Shown here in pieces: positions 42,601 to 49,737 of a stretch of 58,241 bases of DNA. Each line of letters opens with the position of its first letter. Position 1 is the first letter of the stretch. Both the position numbers and the translations under genes were made by a program. The stretch spans positions 62,001-120,241 of IMG/VR virus record IMGVR_UViG_3300028797_000120; one strand, written 5' to 3'. The notes beneath the pieces were generated by a model. The model saw only the letters and a list, made by a program, of their open reading frames with translations. It did no database searches and was not told the origin of the DNA. The DNA comes from an uncultured virus (IMG/VR IMGVR_UViG_3300028797_000120). Taxonomy: Duplodnaviria > Heunggongvirae > Uroviricota > Caudoviricetes.

Positions 42601-42777
42601 CACGTCTCCACTCTTAACCTCCTCTACGGGCCTGACCGTCCCGTCATACATCCTTACGGGCGTTCCCTTCGCGAGACACCCGTTCGGCCCTAAAACGGCA
42701 ATCAGGTTGCCGCTGAAGTCGACGTCAAGCTTCTTATGCTGGCGAAAGTTCGTCAGCTCAATACGCTTCAAATGCAT
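39661..42777 (-). CDS. sbcC: SbcC/Rad50-like SMC ATPase, intein-containing
   Basis: Start MHLKRIELTNF after AAGGAG; Walker A GPNG/CGKS split by an intein; coiled coil with CPLC hook; LSGGQ signature; LDEPT Walker B. Confidence 0.93.
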   Translation of the reverse strand: MHLKRIELTNFRQHKKLDVDFSGNLIAVLGPNGCLAKGTPVRMYDGTVRPVEEVKSGDVLLAFDDESGRLTSSTVSGVVMTSPDHKQKPMLEVEIDGEKTCCTYDHPFFAGDGFYPLYQLVWGALEAGQRAQLKLLCEQYGAPFDDATVWRQNSCRDEASAGSEWVLKDDARWAYREGAQDRGGSVAGEPAWVASGEPYRLQSVKQQGGEPGVVQREVQCVVWGNPWQGDNTESAGADAGGDCGGSEGVVGESEEVSVPCGGSVAEKDPCGGGEERCSGGEKAEPEEHLGNCVRIKVLEAAAYYTIRMREAPYTYCIGREHCYLTHNCGKSNLIGAIQFALTGEQPGFTKANLTTWGEKEGSVKLIFTAGSNNTEFVIVRKTNGDVTLKVDGETIKQARKVEDALREKAGLDKELIRQIVFVPQKGIDAILFDDPKNREVAFQRLIGIGNATKIYESLRSEIAAYDKPQGFDDAIARAREQLDTHEDVARACRETLGKYDAAIRKLPTKEELEKEVDRLAGAQAAVEELVSVTRRLNSAQEAHGRALKELDEVGSFSEEEEERLRKLVDEDGDVVRFLTRLKDLSDAALSAKNEGDAAIREAESDLARYTTKVEDDRAEVKRLDNEQAAAEAEARSLRNMMREASSDGTCPLCGAPATQEDISRHVKEKLDAMEAKRREVTEKARDARMALDKREAEESACARKLDRARTRMEAAKAALKNAKDKNVEGVVIDMVSFEVSYKGNVPDDLPKIESRLADNRRKLNDAVRTKDAAKTARDNVARYSAQVDMVRQAMEAAERRVADIGIKAVDVHGDYSEKCREATEKARSNLDAFNGILRDMATEKGRLDTAEKSIESTRKMIDDLVEKKRVEDAVREKVDVLKRVRDWFSYKEGPRIMSQNVMRDLTACVNSFLDQFCAPFVVEAEEEGFGFRCRFIDGRSMPDPNPDASLLSGGQKVALAIAFRLAIYMCFGGELGLLSLDEPTAYLDDASIGHLGELLQKVGEVARNKGLQIIMATHEKAIMPFLDTRIDLGIMKGE
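41797..42678 (-). mobile_element. Intein (294 aa) in the SbcC Walker A motif
   Basis: Block A CLAKGTPVRMYDG, block B TYDHPFF, terminal THN followed by +1 Cys; excision restores GPNGCGKS. Confidence 0.95.
41805..42491 (-). CDS. NUMOD4-HNH homing endonuclease in the +1 frame inside the intein
   Basis: ERWKQV...YFVSNMGRL (NUMOD4) and VHRIVAEAW...VNHIDCNPSNNRAENLEW (HNH); ATG 42491 with GGAGG 9 nt upstream. Confidence 0.9.
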   Translation of the reverse strand: MERKRVAHTTTPSSREMDSIRSISLSGERWKQVRGHSSNYFVSNMGRLLTTRQYGGRIVAVMKPARDPNGYLRTMLDGHTVKVHRIVAEAWLENPLGLPVVNHIDCNPSNNRAENLEWCSVKYNAWYGVTHGRVTIPNPQVLTQEEIAEVRRVWSENRKKYPYHVAGVSLKRILAEEVRNAVPAARKLSLKSISEIAYGLRYWKQPLTIPSECEKHHTHIVSDANIVI

Positions 42778-42820
42778 TCTGTTCTCCTTCCTGGTCAATA
42801 CCAGACCAAGCACCATAACT

Positions 42821-42847
42821 AAAAAAACGCCCCCCTTTCGGGGGGCG
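42821..42847 (-). terminator. Intrinsic terminator
   Basis: CGCCCCCC-GAAA-GGGGGGCG followed by T7. Confidence 0.85.
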
Positions 42848-43542
42848 CCGGCCTCGGGGAAACCTAGGCCTTGCTAGTTGAAAATGGACATGACCATGCG
42901 CCCGAGTCCATAGGCTGCCTTGACGGCCAGCCCTGCGATCCCGGCCACGCTTCCGGCAAGCTCCACGGCATTGTTCCCAATGCCCTTTATCGACTTGCCA
43001 ACGTCGCGCGCTGCGTAATCCATCACATTGAGAGCCTCTGCCGCGATCTCGCCGTCGTCCATCCTGAGGACCTTGTCGGAGTCCACCAGTCCGAACGTAT
43101 TGGCGTACCTCCACAGCTTCGGCTTTCTCTCATGCCTTTCGCGGTTGTCCCTTCTATTCCGTCCGCGGCGCCTAGTCTCCGCGTCAGGATATCCGTTCCA
43201 ACCGCCCCAGCTGTTCAGGCTGTTCCAGTCGCTTCTGGCCATGACGGTGTTGGTCACGTTGGTAACGCTGTTGTCAGTGACGTTGTACGACACCATTCCT
43301 GCGTTTCCGCGATGACCGCACATCGCTTCCCATTTCCGTTTTCGCCTTTTCCTCTTGCACTTGCCGTTAGTATAGTTCATGGCATTTCCCCAGATGGTTC
43401 ACGCGGCACCCTCGTTAAGGGCTGTACGGACATGCCGTGCCGCGCCGCAACCGTGGGCCAAGGACGAAAGGCCCCTCTCCGGAAGCAGAATTCCGAGGGG
43501 GATCTCCTGTCAACGCCATGAGCTTATCGTGAAGAGGAAAAA

Positions 43543-43983
43543 TCAGGAAACGGGGGTAAGCTTGGCGCGCTCTGCGAGGTACTCCTCCCTCGTCCAGAAC
43601 ATACCGAACTCCCTCCCCTCGATGATGATCACGACACCTCCGGACCCGCCGGGCTTTCCCGGTACCCCTGATCCGATGTCGTGATCGTAAACGCTCAGCA
43701 CCCTCCTTTTGCCAAGCCTGTCAGCGTCGTCCGCGCATATTTTCAATCGTTTTTTCGATGGCGCCCTTGACGGGGGCCTGGACGCGGACGAGCTGTTCGC
43801 GGAACGCATGGAGGCGATGCGCCTGAGAATGGCGCACACGGTGAGAAGGTCTGACGCGGCCTCGTCGGCCGGTCCGATGAAGAAGAATGACGAACGCGCT
43901 CCTATGTAGACAGTCTTCCCTGACTGCCTGGCGAGCTCATCCGCCAATGTCATTTTCTCCCTATCCGCCTTCTTCTCTGACAT
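43543..43983 (-). CDS. Hypothetical protein
   Basis: TATAAT (43993-43998) 9 nt before the ATG; no SD. Confidence 0.65.
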   Translation of the reverse strand: MSEKKADREKMTLADELARQSGKTVYIGARSSFFFIGPADEAASDLLTVCAILRRIASMRSANSSSASRPPSRAPSKKRLKICADDADRLGKRRVLSVYDHDIGSGVPGKPGGSGGVVIIIEGREFGMFWTREEYLAERAKLTPVS

Positions 43984-44259
43984 GATTACTGGATTATACC
44001 TAAATCAATGGAAGGATGCTGTCATCACTCCGAGCCATAACATCCTCCGATTTTCAACAGAATCCCGACAGCCATCTCCGCCCCTTTTCGCCCGACATTC
44101 CTGAGCTTGACCGCCTCGGACACCAGATACCAGTAGGCCATGTCCAGAGCGACATCCCTCATGTCTTCAGGCACAGACCTGACCACATCCATAGCGGACC
44201 TGGATTTTGAAGCAAGGGCCTCTACAACACACGAAATATCCATAAGACCTCCAATAGCG

Positions 44260-44288
44260 AAAAAGAAAGCGGGCCCTCACGGTCCCGC
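44260..44288 (-). terminator. Intrinsic terminator
   Basis: GCGGG-ACC-GTGA-GG-G-CCCGC followed by TTTCTTTTT. Confidence 0.7.
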
Positions 44289-44360
44289 AGTCTTCAATTG
44301 AGAGCGGACTTCGCCGCTTCATCTCATACTCCATTTTCGCGGCCAGACGCCGGGCTGGGG

Positions 44361-44561
44361 TTACGGCTCGAGGGCGAAACGGCTCGGCCGGTAGTGATTG
44401 AGGCCGTAGGCCTTTCCGTCCTCGTACCCCTCGGTGTACCCGGCCTCGCGGCCGACTTTATATCCGGTCTTGAAACCGGTCTCCTTGCCTTCGGCAAGGC
44501 CCGCCTCGTAGGCGGATCTAATGGCGTTGTCCAGAAGGGCGTCGCCGGTTTTGAAGGTCAT
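44361..44561 (-). CDS. Small protein with GxxxG repeats
   Basis: AAGGAG SD; AYEAGLAEGKETG...GYEDG. Confidence 0.65.
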   Translation of the reverse strand: MTFKTGDALLDNAIRSAYEAGLAEGKETGFKTGYKVGREAGYTEGYEDGKAYGLNHYRPSRFALEP

Positions 44562-44636
44562 GTTTTCTCCTTCCGGTCGGGCCGGGTTGGGTTTAGGTCC
44601 CGGCACATCGCCGTGCGCTGGGCCGGTTGAAGTGTC

Positions 44637-44858
44637 TCAGGGCATACCCTGGAGCCCGGCGTAATTGCCGTCCCGGTAGCCCATCTCGTACGCCGCCCGG
44701 AAGGCGGCCTTCAGCTGGGCCTCGGCCTCGATGCTGAGCATCGAGTGGTCGAGGCCCGCGAGAAGAGCCTTCTCGGCGCTTGCGTTGAGGACCTTCATCA
44801 GGTCCTCCTCGGACGCGGCGGTCCGATTAGATACGACATCGTCTATTGTAAACCGCAT
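44637..44858 (-). CDS. Small hypothetical protein
   Basis: AAAGGAG SD; AAYEMGYRDG resembles the neighbour. Confidence 0.65.
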   Translation of the reverse strand: MRFTIDDVVSNRTAASEEDLMKVLNASAEKALLAGLDHSMLSIEAEAQLKAAFRAAYEMGYRDGNYAGLQGMP

Positions 44859-44918
44859 GGATTTCTCCTTTCCGGTCTAACCGGATTGGTTCAGACCCCG
44901 GCACGTAGGTGCGCGTGG

Positions 44919-45269
44919 CTAGAAAAGTTGAAAGAGCATCGCTGTCCCGTCGATTGACTTCAGCGCTCCGACAACGGCCTCGACGAAAAGGCCGTACCCC
45001 GGCAGGGCCGGGTTGAGTCTCTCAAAGGAGACCCACTCGTCCCTGTCCCATTCTTCCTCGACGACTGTCGGGGACAGGACAAGCTGCCACTTGCCCCACA
45101 GGGAGATCAAAGCTCCCCTGAGTTCAGGGGACGGTTCCCCGTCAGAACCGTCCACGTACATCTTTGGTACGTAGACAGTCTCGGCGAGTAAGCTTTGACT
45201 TCCGAGCCGAATCTCGACCTCGAAGAGGCCGAGCTTCTGCTCGTAACAACTAAAAGCCGAAATTTTCAT
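44919..45269 (-). CDS. Hypothetical protein
   Basis: GAGGAGG SD directly after a repeat copy. Confidence 0.65.
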   Translation of the reverse strand: MKISAFSCYEQKLGLFEVEIRLGSQSLLAETVYVPKMYVDGSDGEPSPELRGALISLWGKWQLVLSPTVVEEEWDRDEWVSFERLNPALPGYGLFVEAVVGALKSIDGTAMLFQLF

Positions 45270-45344
45270 CTGGCTCTCCCTCCTCCCGGTCAGGCCGGGT
45301 TCGGTTTAGGCCCCGGCACGTCGGTGCGCGGGGCCGGAAAGACA

Positions 45345-45995
45345 TTATTCGCCGCGGAGGCGCGTGATGACGCGCATCACGTCCTTCGCGGTCACGGATT
45401 CCGCCCACGTGATCGCGCGGTCGATCTCGTGGCGGAATACGGCGCGGTACCGCGCCGTGAACGGCGGATCGCCCCGCCGGTAATCTTCCGCCTTTCGGCG
45501 TAGGCGCCCGAGGACGTGGGCGATCACGTCCCCGATGGGCGTGTCGAGAGGGAGGCCCCGCCCCGAGAGCCAGTATTTCACCGGCTTCTCGATGCGGGTC
45601 TCTCCCCAGACCGGTGCTCCCTCGTCCGCTTCGATGAGAAGCTTGTGGACGGGGGAGACGATCCCGACGACGTTATAACTCTTCCGCATGTGGAAGAGGA
45701 TAGCGTCCTCGACGACCCGGCGCCCGGCCTTTCCGATCCGCCGCTTCATGTAGCGGCGGACCGGGTCCAGCCGGTCGTCCCTCTCCAGCGCCTCGAGCGC
45801 GGCCGCCGGGTGGCGGTCGCGCTCCCAACCAGGGCGCCCCACGCCTATGTCATGGAGCGTCACGGCCAGCGCTTCCTCGGGCGCGAGGGGGCCGGCCTTG
45901 AGCCGGCGTGCGGCGGCGAGGACCGCCTCCGCATGCGGCCAGCCCCGCCCGTCGGGCTGGTCGTAATACCACTTCGCCGCGTCGACTATCGTCAT
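45345..45995 (-). CDS. HD-domain protein
   Basis: PHAEAV, LHDIG, HP, ILFHM and EADE motifs. Confidence 0.75.
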   Translation of the reverse strand: MTIVDAAKWYYDQPDGRGWPHAEAVLAAARRLKAGPLAPEEALAVTLHDIGVGRPGWERDRHPAAALEALERDDRLDPVRRYMKRRIGKAGRRVVEDAILFHMRKSYNVVGIVSPVHKLLIEADEGAPVWGETRIEKPVKYWLSGRGLPLDTPIGDVIAHVLGRLRRKAEDYRRGDPPFTARYRAVFRHEIDRAITWAESVTAKDVMRVITRLRGE

Positions 45996-46092
45996 AGCGG
46001 CCTCCCTTCACCGCCCGGTCGGGCGGAAAACAGTTAAGGCCCCGGCGCAGGGCAGCGCGTATGAAAGAACGCCCGTGCGCCCGGGCTTTGGG

Positions 46093-46944
46093 TTATTCGG
46101 CGAGCGGGGCACCCTGGGCTAGCCTGATAAGCTCGTCCACGAAATCTCGGCCGAGCTTATCCCTCGTCTTCATGATAAACCCTCCGGAGTGTGCGAACAG
46201 CACCTCAGGGCGCCCAGCCAGACGGCTGAAGTCGATCCGCGGATCGTCGTTCAGCCTCAACATGGTGAGTCCCGACCCACGGTCGTCGTGGAAGACGGCG
46301 ACTCCTCGGTCGCCGACCAACGCGTCCGACACCTCGCGGGTTTTAGCTGGATCGTCCGCGAGGAAGTCATAGACCTCCACTCCGCCTACATCCCTCTTTT
46401 CGAGCCCTGCCTTGACCTCGTCGTAGGCGGCCAGCTTCGCGGCGATCATCTCCGCGAGCGGAGAGACCACCTCCCAGCGGGCATCGTCGGTCGCATCCTC
46501 GAACGCCAGGAGCACCATCTGCTCGCAGGGGCCGAGGAACTTGGCGACCGTAGACCAGTCGGTCCCCGCCGACTTCGCCGTCGCGAACGGACCGCATGCG
46601 TCAAGCTCAACCCGCGTCTCAAACCACGGGAAGAGCTTCGCGATCTTTTCGCGGATACCAAGCCAGCTCGCCACCAGACCCATCGCGGACTCTTTTGTAC
46701 CACGCTGGAACTGGTGGTGGTCGAAGCAGAGGTGGTCGGGGTCGTGCTCCCACCCGACATCGATCACCGCAACATCGGGGTCGCTGATCTCTTCCTGTGT
46801 AGGGTCGCGGCGGTATATGAACTCTTTCTCCACTCTACCGCCATTGTCCATTGCCTTCATGGCCATGACAATAGCCACGGCCATCACCTCATCGAGGTGG
46901 GAAGTACCAGCGTGAACGATAAAATATTTGATGCTCTCCAACAT
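46093..46944 (-). CDS. MYG1-like (DHH-related) metal-dependent hydrolase
   Basis: HAGTSHLDEV, RRDP, IDVG, FDHHQ and FAHSGGF motifs. Confidence 0.8.
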   Translation of the reverse strand: MLESIKYFIVHAGTSHLDEVMAVAIVMAMKAMDNGGRVEKEFIYRRDPTQEEISDPDVAVIDVGWEHDPDHLCFDHHQFQRGTKESAMGLVASWLGIREKIAKLFPWFETRVELDACGPFATAKSAGTDWSTVAKFLGPCEQMVLLAFEDATDDARWEVVSPLAEMIAAKLAAYDEVKAGLEKRDVGGVEVYDFLADDPAKTREVSDALVGDRGVAVFHDDRGSGLTMLRLNDDPRIDFSRLAGRPEVLFAHSGGFIMKTRDKLGRDFVDELIRLAQGAPLAE

Positions 46945-47048
46945 GATGATCCCTTTCCCGTTTTGTTGCGCGGACGGACGGGCGCTCTCGCATGTTCTCC
47001 GCCGCAGAAATCCTCCGGGCAGTTTAACGTCATGCCCGGGACGTCCAG

Positions 47049-47837
47049 CTAATCAAGGAACTTCGCGTGATCCTTGACGAAGAGATTGCTCCAACGTTTG
47101 TACTCCTCGTCCATGTAACTCTTGATCACGCCTTCATGCTCGCGCCTAGGGAGCCCGGTGGACAACCGAAGGATCTCGTCGAACTTTTCGTTCCCGAGGC
47201 CCATATAGTCGTTCGCGAACGAGCAGGCCTCCTTCAGCGCGCGCGCGCCAATTTCTCCGGATACCCAGCTGCGCTCAAGCGTTTTGCGCGAGAGCGAGTG
47301 GATCAGCCAGATCTGGACGACACGGACAAAGCACGCGCCATCTTTCTCGTCCAGAATCTGGATCTCCTGACCGGTTGCCGGATTATTGAATCTGGACAGC
47401 GGAGCTACGACGAACATGTCGTCATCGTGCTTCTCGCCGTTCTCCCCAGCGCTCATCCACTTCCCGAGCACGACCACACGGCGCGGCTCGCCGATCCCGA
47501 ACTCAGGCGACATCATCCGGATCTGCCCCTTTTTGATGTCAGGGTCGAAGTCGTCGACGAGCCGCAGACATTCGGCACGCGCCTTATCGTCGTCCGAAGT
47601 GGAGAAGTCTCGGTCCATATCAGGATCCTCCACGCTCTCAAGGCGCTTCCGGATCTGGTATTCGGCGACGAACATATCCGAATGTTCTCGCCTTGCCTCT
47701 TCTTCGCTCTTTGACGGACGCCGCAGTATCTCGTCGAAGCTATCCCACAGTTCTTTTGTGGACTTACCTTTCGTGTCCACTCCACGGTCGAAGCAGAATA
47801 CCTCCCTAAGAAGGGAGTCAAAAACGGTTTTACTCAT
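47049..47837 (-). CDS. Hypothetical protein
   Basis: 262-aa ORF. Confidence 0.7.
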   Translation of the reverse strand: MSKTVFDSLLREVFCFDRGVDTKGKSTKELWDSFDEILRRPSKSEEEARREHSDMFVAEYQIRKRLESVEDPDMDRDFSTSDDDKARAECLRLVDDFDPDIKKGQIRMMSPEFGIGEPRRVVVLGKWMSAGENGEKHDDDMFVVAPLSRFNNPATGQEIQILDEKDGACFVRVVQIWLIHSLSRKTLERSWVSGEIGARALKEACSFANDYMGLGNEKFDEILRLSTGLPRREHEGVIKSYMDEEYKRWSNLFVKDHAKFLD

Positions 47838-47919
47838 AGTTTTTTCCTTTGTTTTCCCCCGAAATGGGGGAATCGCTAAAAAATGTCATTAACACTCCTT
47901 TCTCTAGGTTTCTAGGGTT

Positions 47920-48411
47920 CTAGGATTCTAGTGTAGACACGTCCTCTTCTTCGCTTTTCCTGACCTCCTCTAGGAGGCGGCTGACGATATAGCCCTGCAG
48001 ATAGGTCAGGATCTCCCCTCCCTTGCCGATCTCAAGGCCAAATGCGGTCACGATGTTAAGCGCCGCGTGAAGCGCCTCGTGGTAAAGCTGCCCAACGCAC
48101 AGCTCGTCACTCATGTCGAGCTTCGGAAGGCGTATAAGCGCATCCACTCCTTCCGTTATCGTATGGGCGAACCCATCTCGCTCCATCATGCGTTCCTTTG
48201 CGCTCAACCTTTTGTTAAACTCAAGGTCAACCGCATCGGAATGCCTCAGGAACTCCTCCCTGCTTCCGACAAATAACATTATCACAGCAGGGAAAATCGG
48301 CATAATAAACCCTACGCACCCCTTCCAGTCTGGATCGATTCTGATCTGCCCTTTTGGGGCAGTTTTGTCTACATTTCCTACCTCATTTCTCTCCATTCTC
48401 TCTATCCTCAA
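47920..48411 (-). CDS. Hypothetical protein with HExxH motif
   Basis: LYHEALHAA with a downstream E; metallopeptidase-like. Confidence 0.6.
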   Translation of the reverse strand: MRIERMERNEVGNVDKTAPKGQIRIDPDWKGCVGFIMPIFPAVIMLFVGSREEFLRHSDAVDLEFNKRLSAKERMMERDGFAHTITEGVDALIRLPKLDMSDELCVGQLYHEALHAALNIVTAFGLEIGKGGEILTYLQGYIVSRLLEEVRKSEEEDVSTLES

Positions 48412-48503
48412 ATCTCAAATAGCGAAAAACAGGGAGGGTGTTTCACCTCCTGTTTTTTCCTTGCCGCGCGTGCGCGGCTTTTGGCGCAGGTTCGCGCCTA
48501 TCC

Positions 48504-48650
48504 TTACGGATTATTAGGAGCCTGAGGCTCCTTCGGACGGTCCTGAGGCTTAGCAGGTTTCGGTTTCGCGCAGTTCTGCGCGATAACCTCCGCCTGTGCC
48601 TCAGGAACGCCCTGCTTAAGCAGGGCGTAAAAGATTTCCTCTTCGGACAT
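48504..48650 (-). CDS. 48-aa small ORF, not in the ORF track
   Basis: MSEEEIFYALLKQGVPEAQAEVIAQNCAKPKPAKPQDRPKEPQAPNNP; terminator-like hairpin at 48425-48458. Confidence 0.5.
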   Translation of the reverse strand: MSEEEIFYALLKQGVPEAQAEVIAQNCAKPKPAKPQDRPKEPQAPNNP

Positions 48651-48828
48651 CTTTTTTTTTCCCAGGTTTCCCTTCCCCTCCATCCGAACTTACGACAGGC
48701 ACGCCTGCCGCAGTACTCGGACTTTAGTCCGGTATTACCCTGCGCCCCCCATTGCTGGGCCGCGGTCTCCCGCGGATCTTCGGCTGGGCGCCTGCCAAAA
48801 ACCCCGACCCACCCGGGCGGGGAAAACG

Positions 48829-48864
48829 AAAAACCCGCATGCCGCTGGAATGACGGCATGCGGG
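48829..48864 (-). terminator. Intrinsic terminator
   Basis: 11-bp stem CCCGCATGCCG/CGGCATGCGGG followed by TTTTT; a second hairpin plus T5 at 48797-48822. Confidence 0.85.
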
Positions 48865-49226
48865 CTCCTACTCGGGATTCCAACCCCTTTCGGAACAGGG
48901 GCCCATTTGAGGGACCCCTCCCCATCGGCATCCTGGTGCTGCCTTTGGGGGAAAATCTCTTTCGTCCCGCCCCCAGGCCACCGAAGCGGCCCGGGGACGG
49001 GACATGCCGCCGGTTTTGACCGGCTTGGGGAAGTTGGATTTCGGAGCGCGGCACTTCCCGATGAACACGCTCCTAGCCGGTGGAACACCCCGCGGCTCCC
49101 GGCAGCCGCGGCCCCTCTATGATGAGGGGGACGCCATGGAGGCCCGCTGAAACTCCTTGAAAGTCGCGGGCCCCTTTTATCATTCCTCGCCCTGGCTTGA
49201 CGAGGAAGGGTGAGGAACTTATTTTT
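48829..49226 (-). ncRNA. Candidate large structured ncRNA
   Basis: Runs from a TATAAT promoter to an intrinsic terminator; many helices, an 18-bp C(UUCG)G stem with G.U pairs, and a pseudoknot. Confidence 0.65.
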
Positions 49227-49231
49227 CACCT

Positions 49232-49243
49232 TATTATAACCGG
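49232..49243 (-). promoter_or_regulatory. -10 element CCGGTTATAATA
   Basis: TATAAT in an AT-rich patch; identical 12-mer at 49642-49653. Confidence 0.7.
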
Positions 49244-49433
49244 GAATTCGTATATTTTAACTCCCGGAAACAAAACGGCGGGGACCATCTCTGATCCCCG
49301 CCGCACGCACCTCCCGACCCTAATCAAATAGGATCAGGAGGATGTAGATGAGGACTGGCATGTCCCCTCCTTTCCCCCTTGATGGGTTTTTCCAACACGG
49401 CCCCGTGGGGGTGGGGCGAGAATCGCCCCCGAA

Positions 49434-49510
49434 TGGTGCGCGTGCCGGGACTTGAACCCGGAACCTGCGGATTAGGAATCCGCCGCTCTGTCCAGTTGAG
49501 CTACACGCGC
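49434..49510 (-). tRNA. tRNA-Arg(CCT)
   Basis: Cloverleaf with acceptor GCGCGTG/CACGCGC, anticodon arm GCGGA-TTCCTAA-TCCGC, GGTTCAAGTCC T arm and encoded CCA. Confidence 0.96.
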
Positions 49511-49641
49511 AAAATCCTTCCGCCGTGACGTCGCGGATTATGTGAGGCTTGGTGCCTCAACGGTGTGCCGGGGACTCGGGCATGGGGTAGCACACTTTCC
49601 ATGCCATTCGAATAAGGGAAATGTTTCACTTTCCCTCACAG

Positions 49642-49653
49642 TATTATAACCGG
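49642..49653 (-). promoter_or_regulatory. -10 element upstream of the tRNA
   Basis: CCGGTTATAATA preceded by A-tracts. Confidence 0.7.
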
Positions 49654-49737
49654 AAAATGCCCTTTTTTTAGCCATTTTACGGCTTTTTTTGAGGAAAAAC
49701 GCCTTTTTTTAGCACCTGTTTTCGCGCTGGCGTGACG

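Larger units (their letters stand above)
44573..46059 (-). repeat. Four copies of a ~45-55 nt structured intergenic repeat (44573-44626, 44872-44914, 45286-45337, 46015-46059)
   Basis: Minus-strand consensus approximately GCGCAC-n4-6-GTGCCGGGGNCTAAACC-n-AAYCCGGYYNGACCGG, followed by SD and ATG; the fourth copy is more diverged. Confidence 0.85.

Noticed and set aside
44573..46059. CRISPR array
   Set aside because: Repeats are degenerate and separated by whole genes; no cas genes or regular spacers anywhere in the window.
48829..49226. RNase P RNA or tmRNA
   Set aside because: No GAGGAAAGUCC/CGGCUUA P4 strands and no tRNA-like acceptor ends with CCA.
48438..49229. ORFs 48438-49019, 48443-49054 and 48735-49229
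   Set aside because: Pro/Arg/Gly-rich translations of GC hairpins that cross terminators; better explained as structured RNA.
49373..49433. HDV-like (theta) ribozyme at the tRNA 3' end
   Set aside because: Only simple hairpins; I could not build the nested double pseudoknot.
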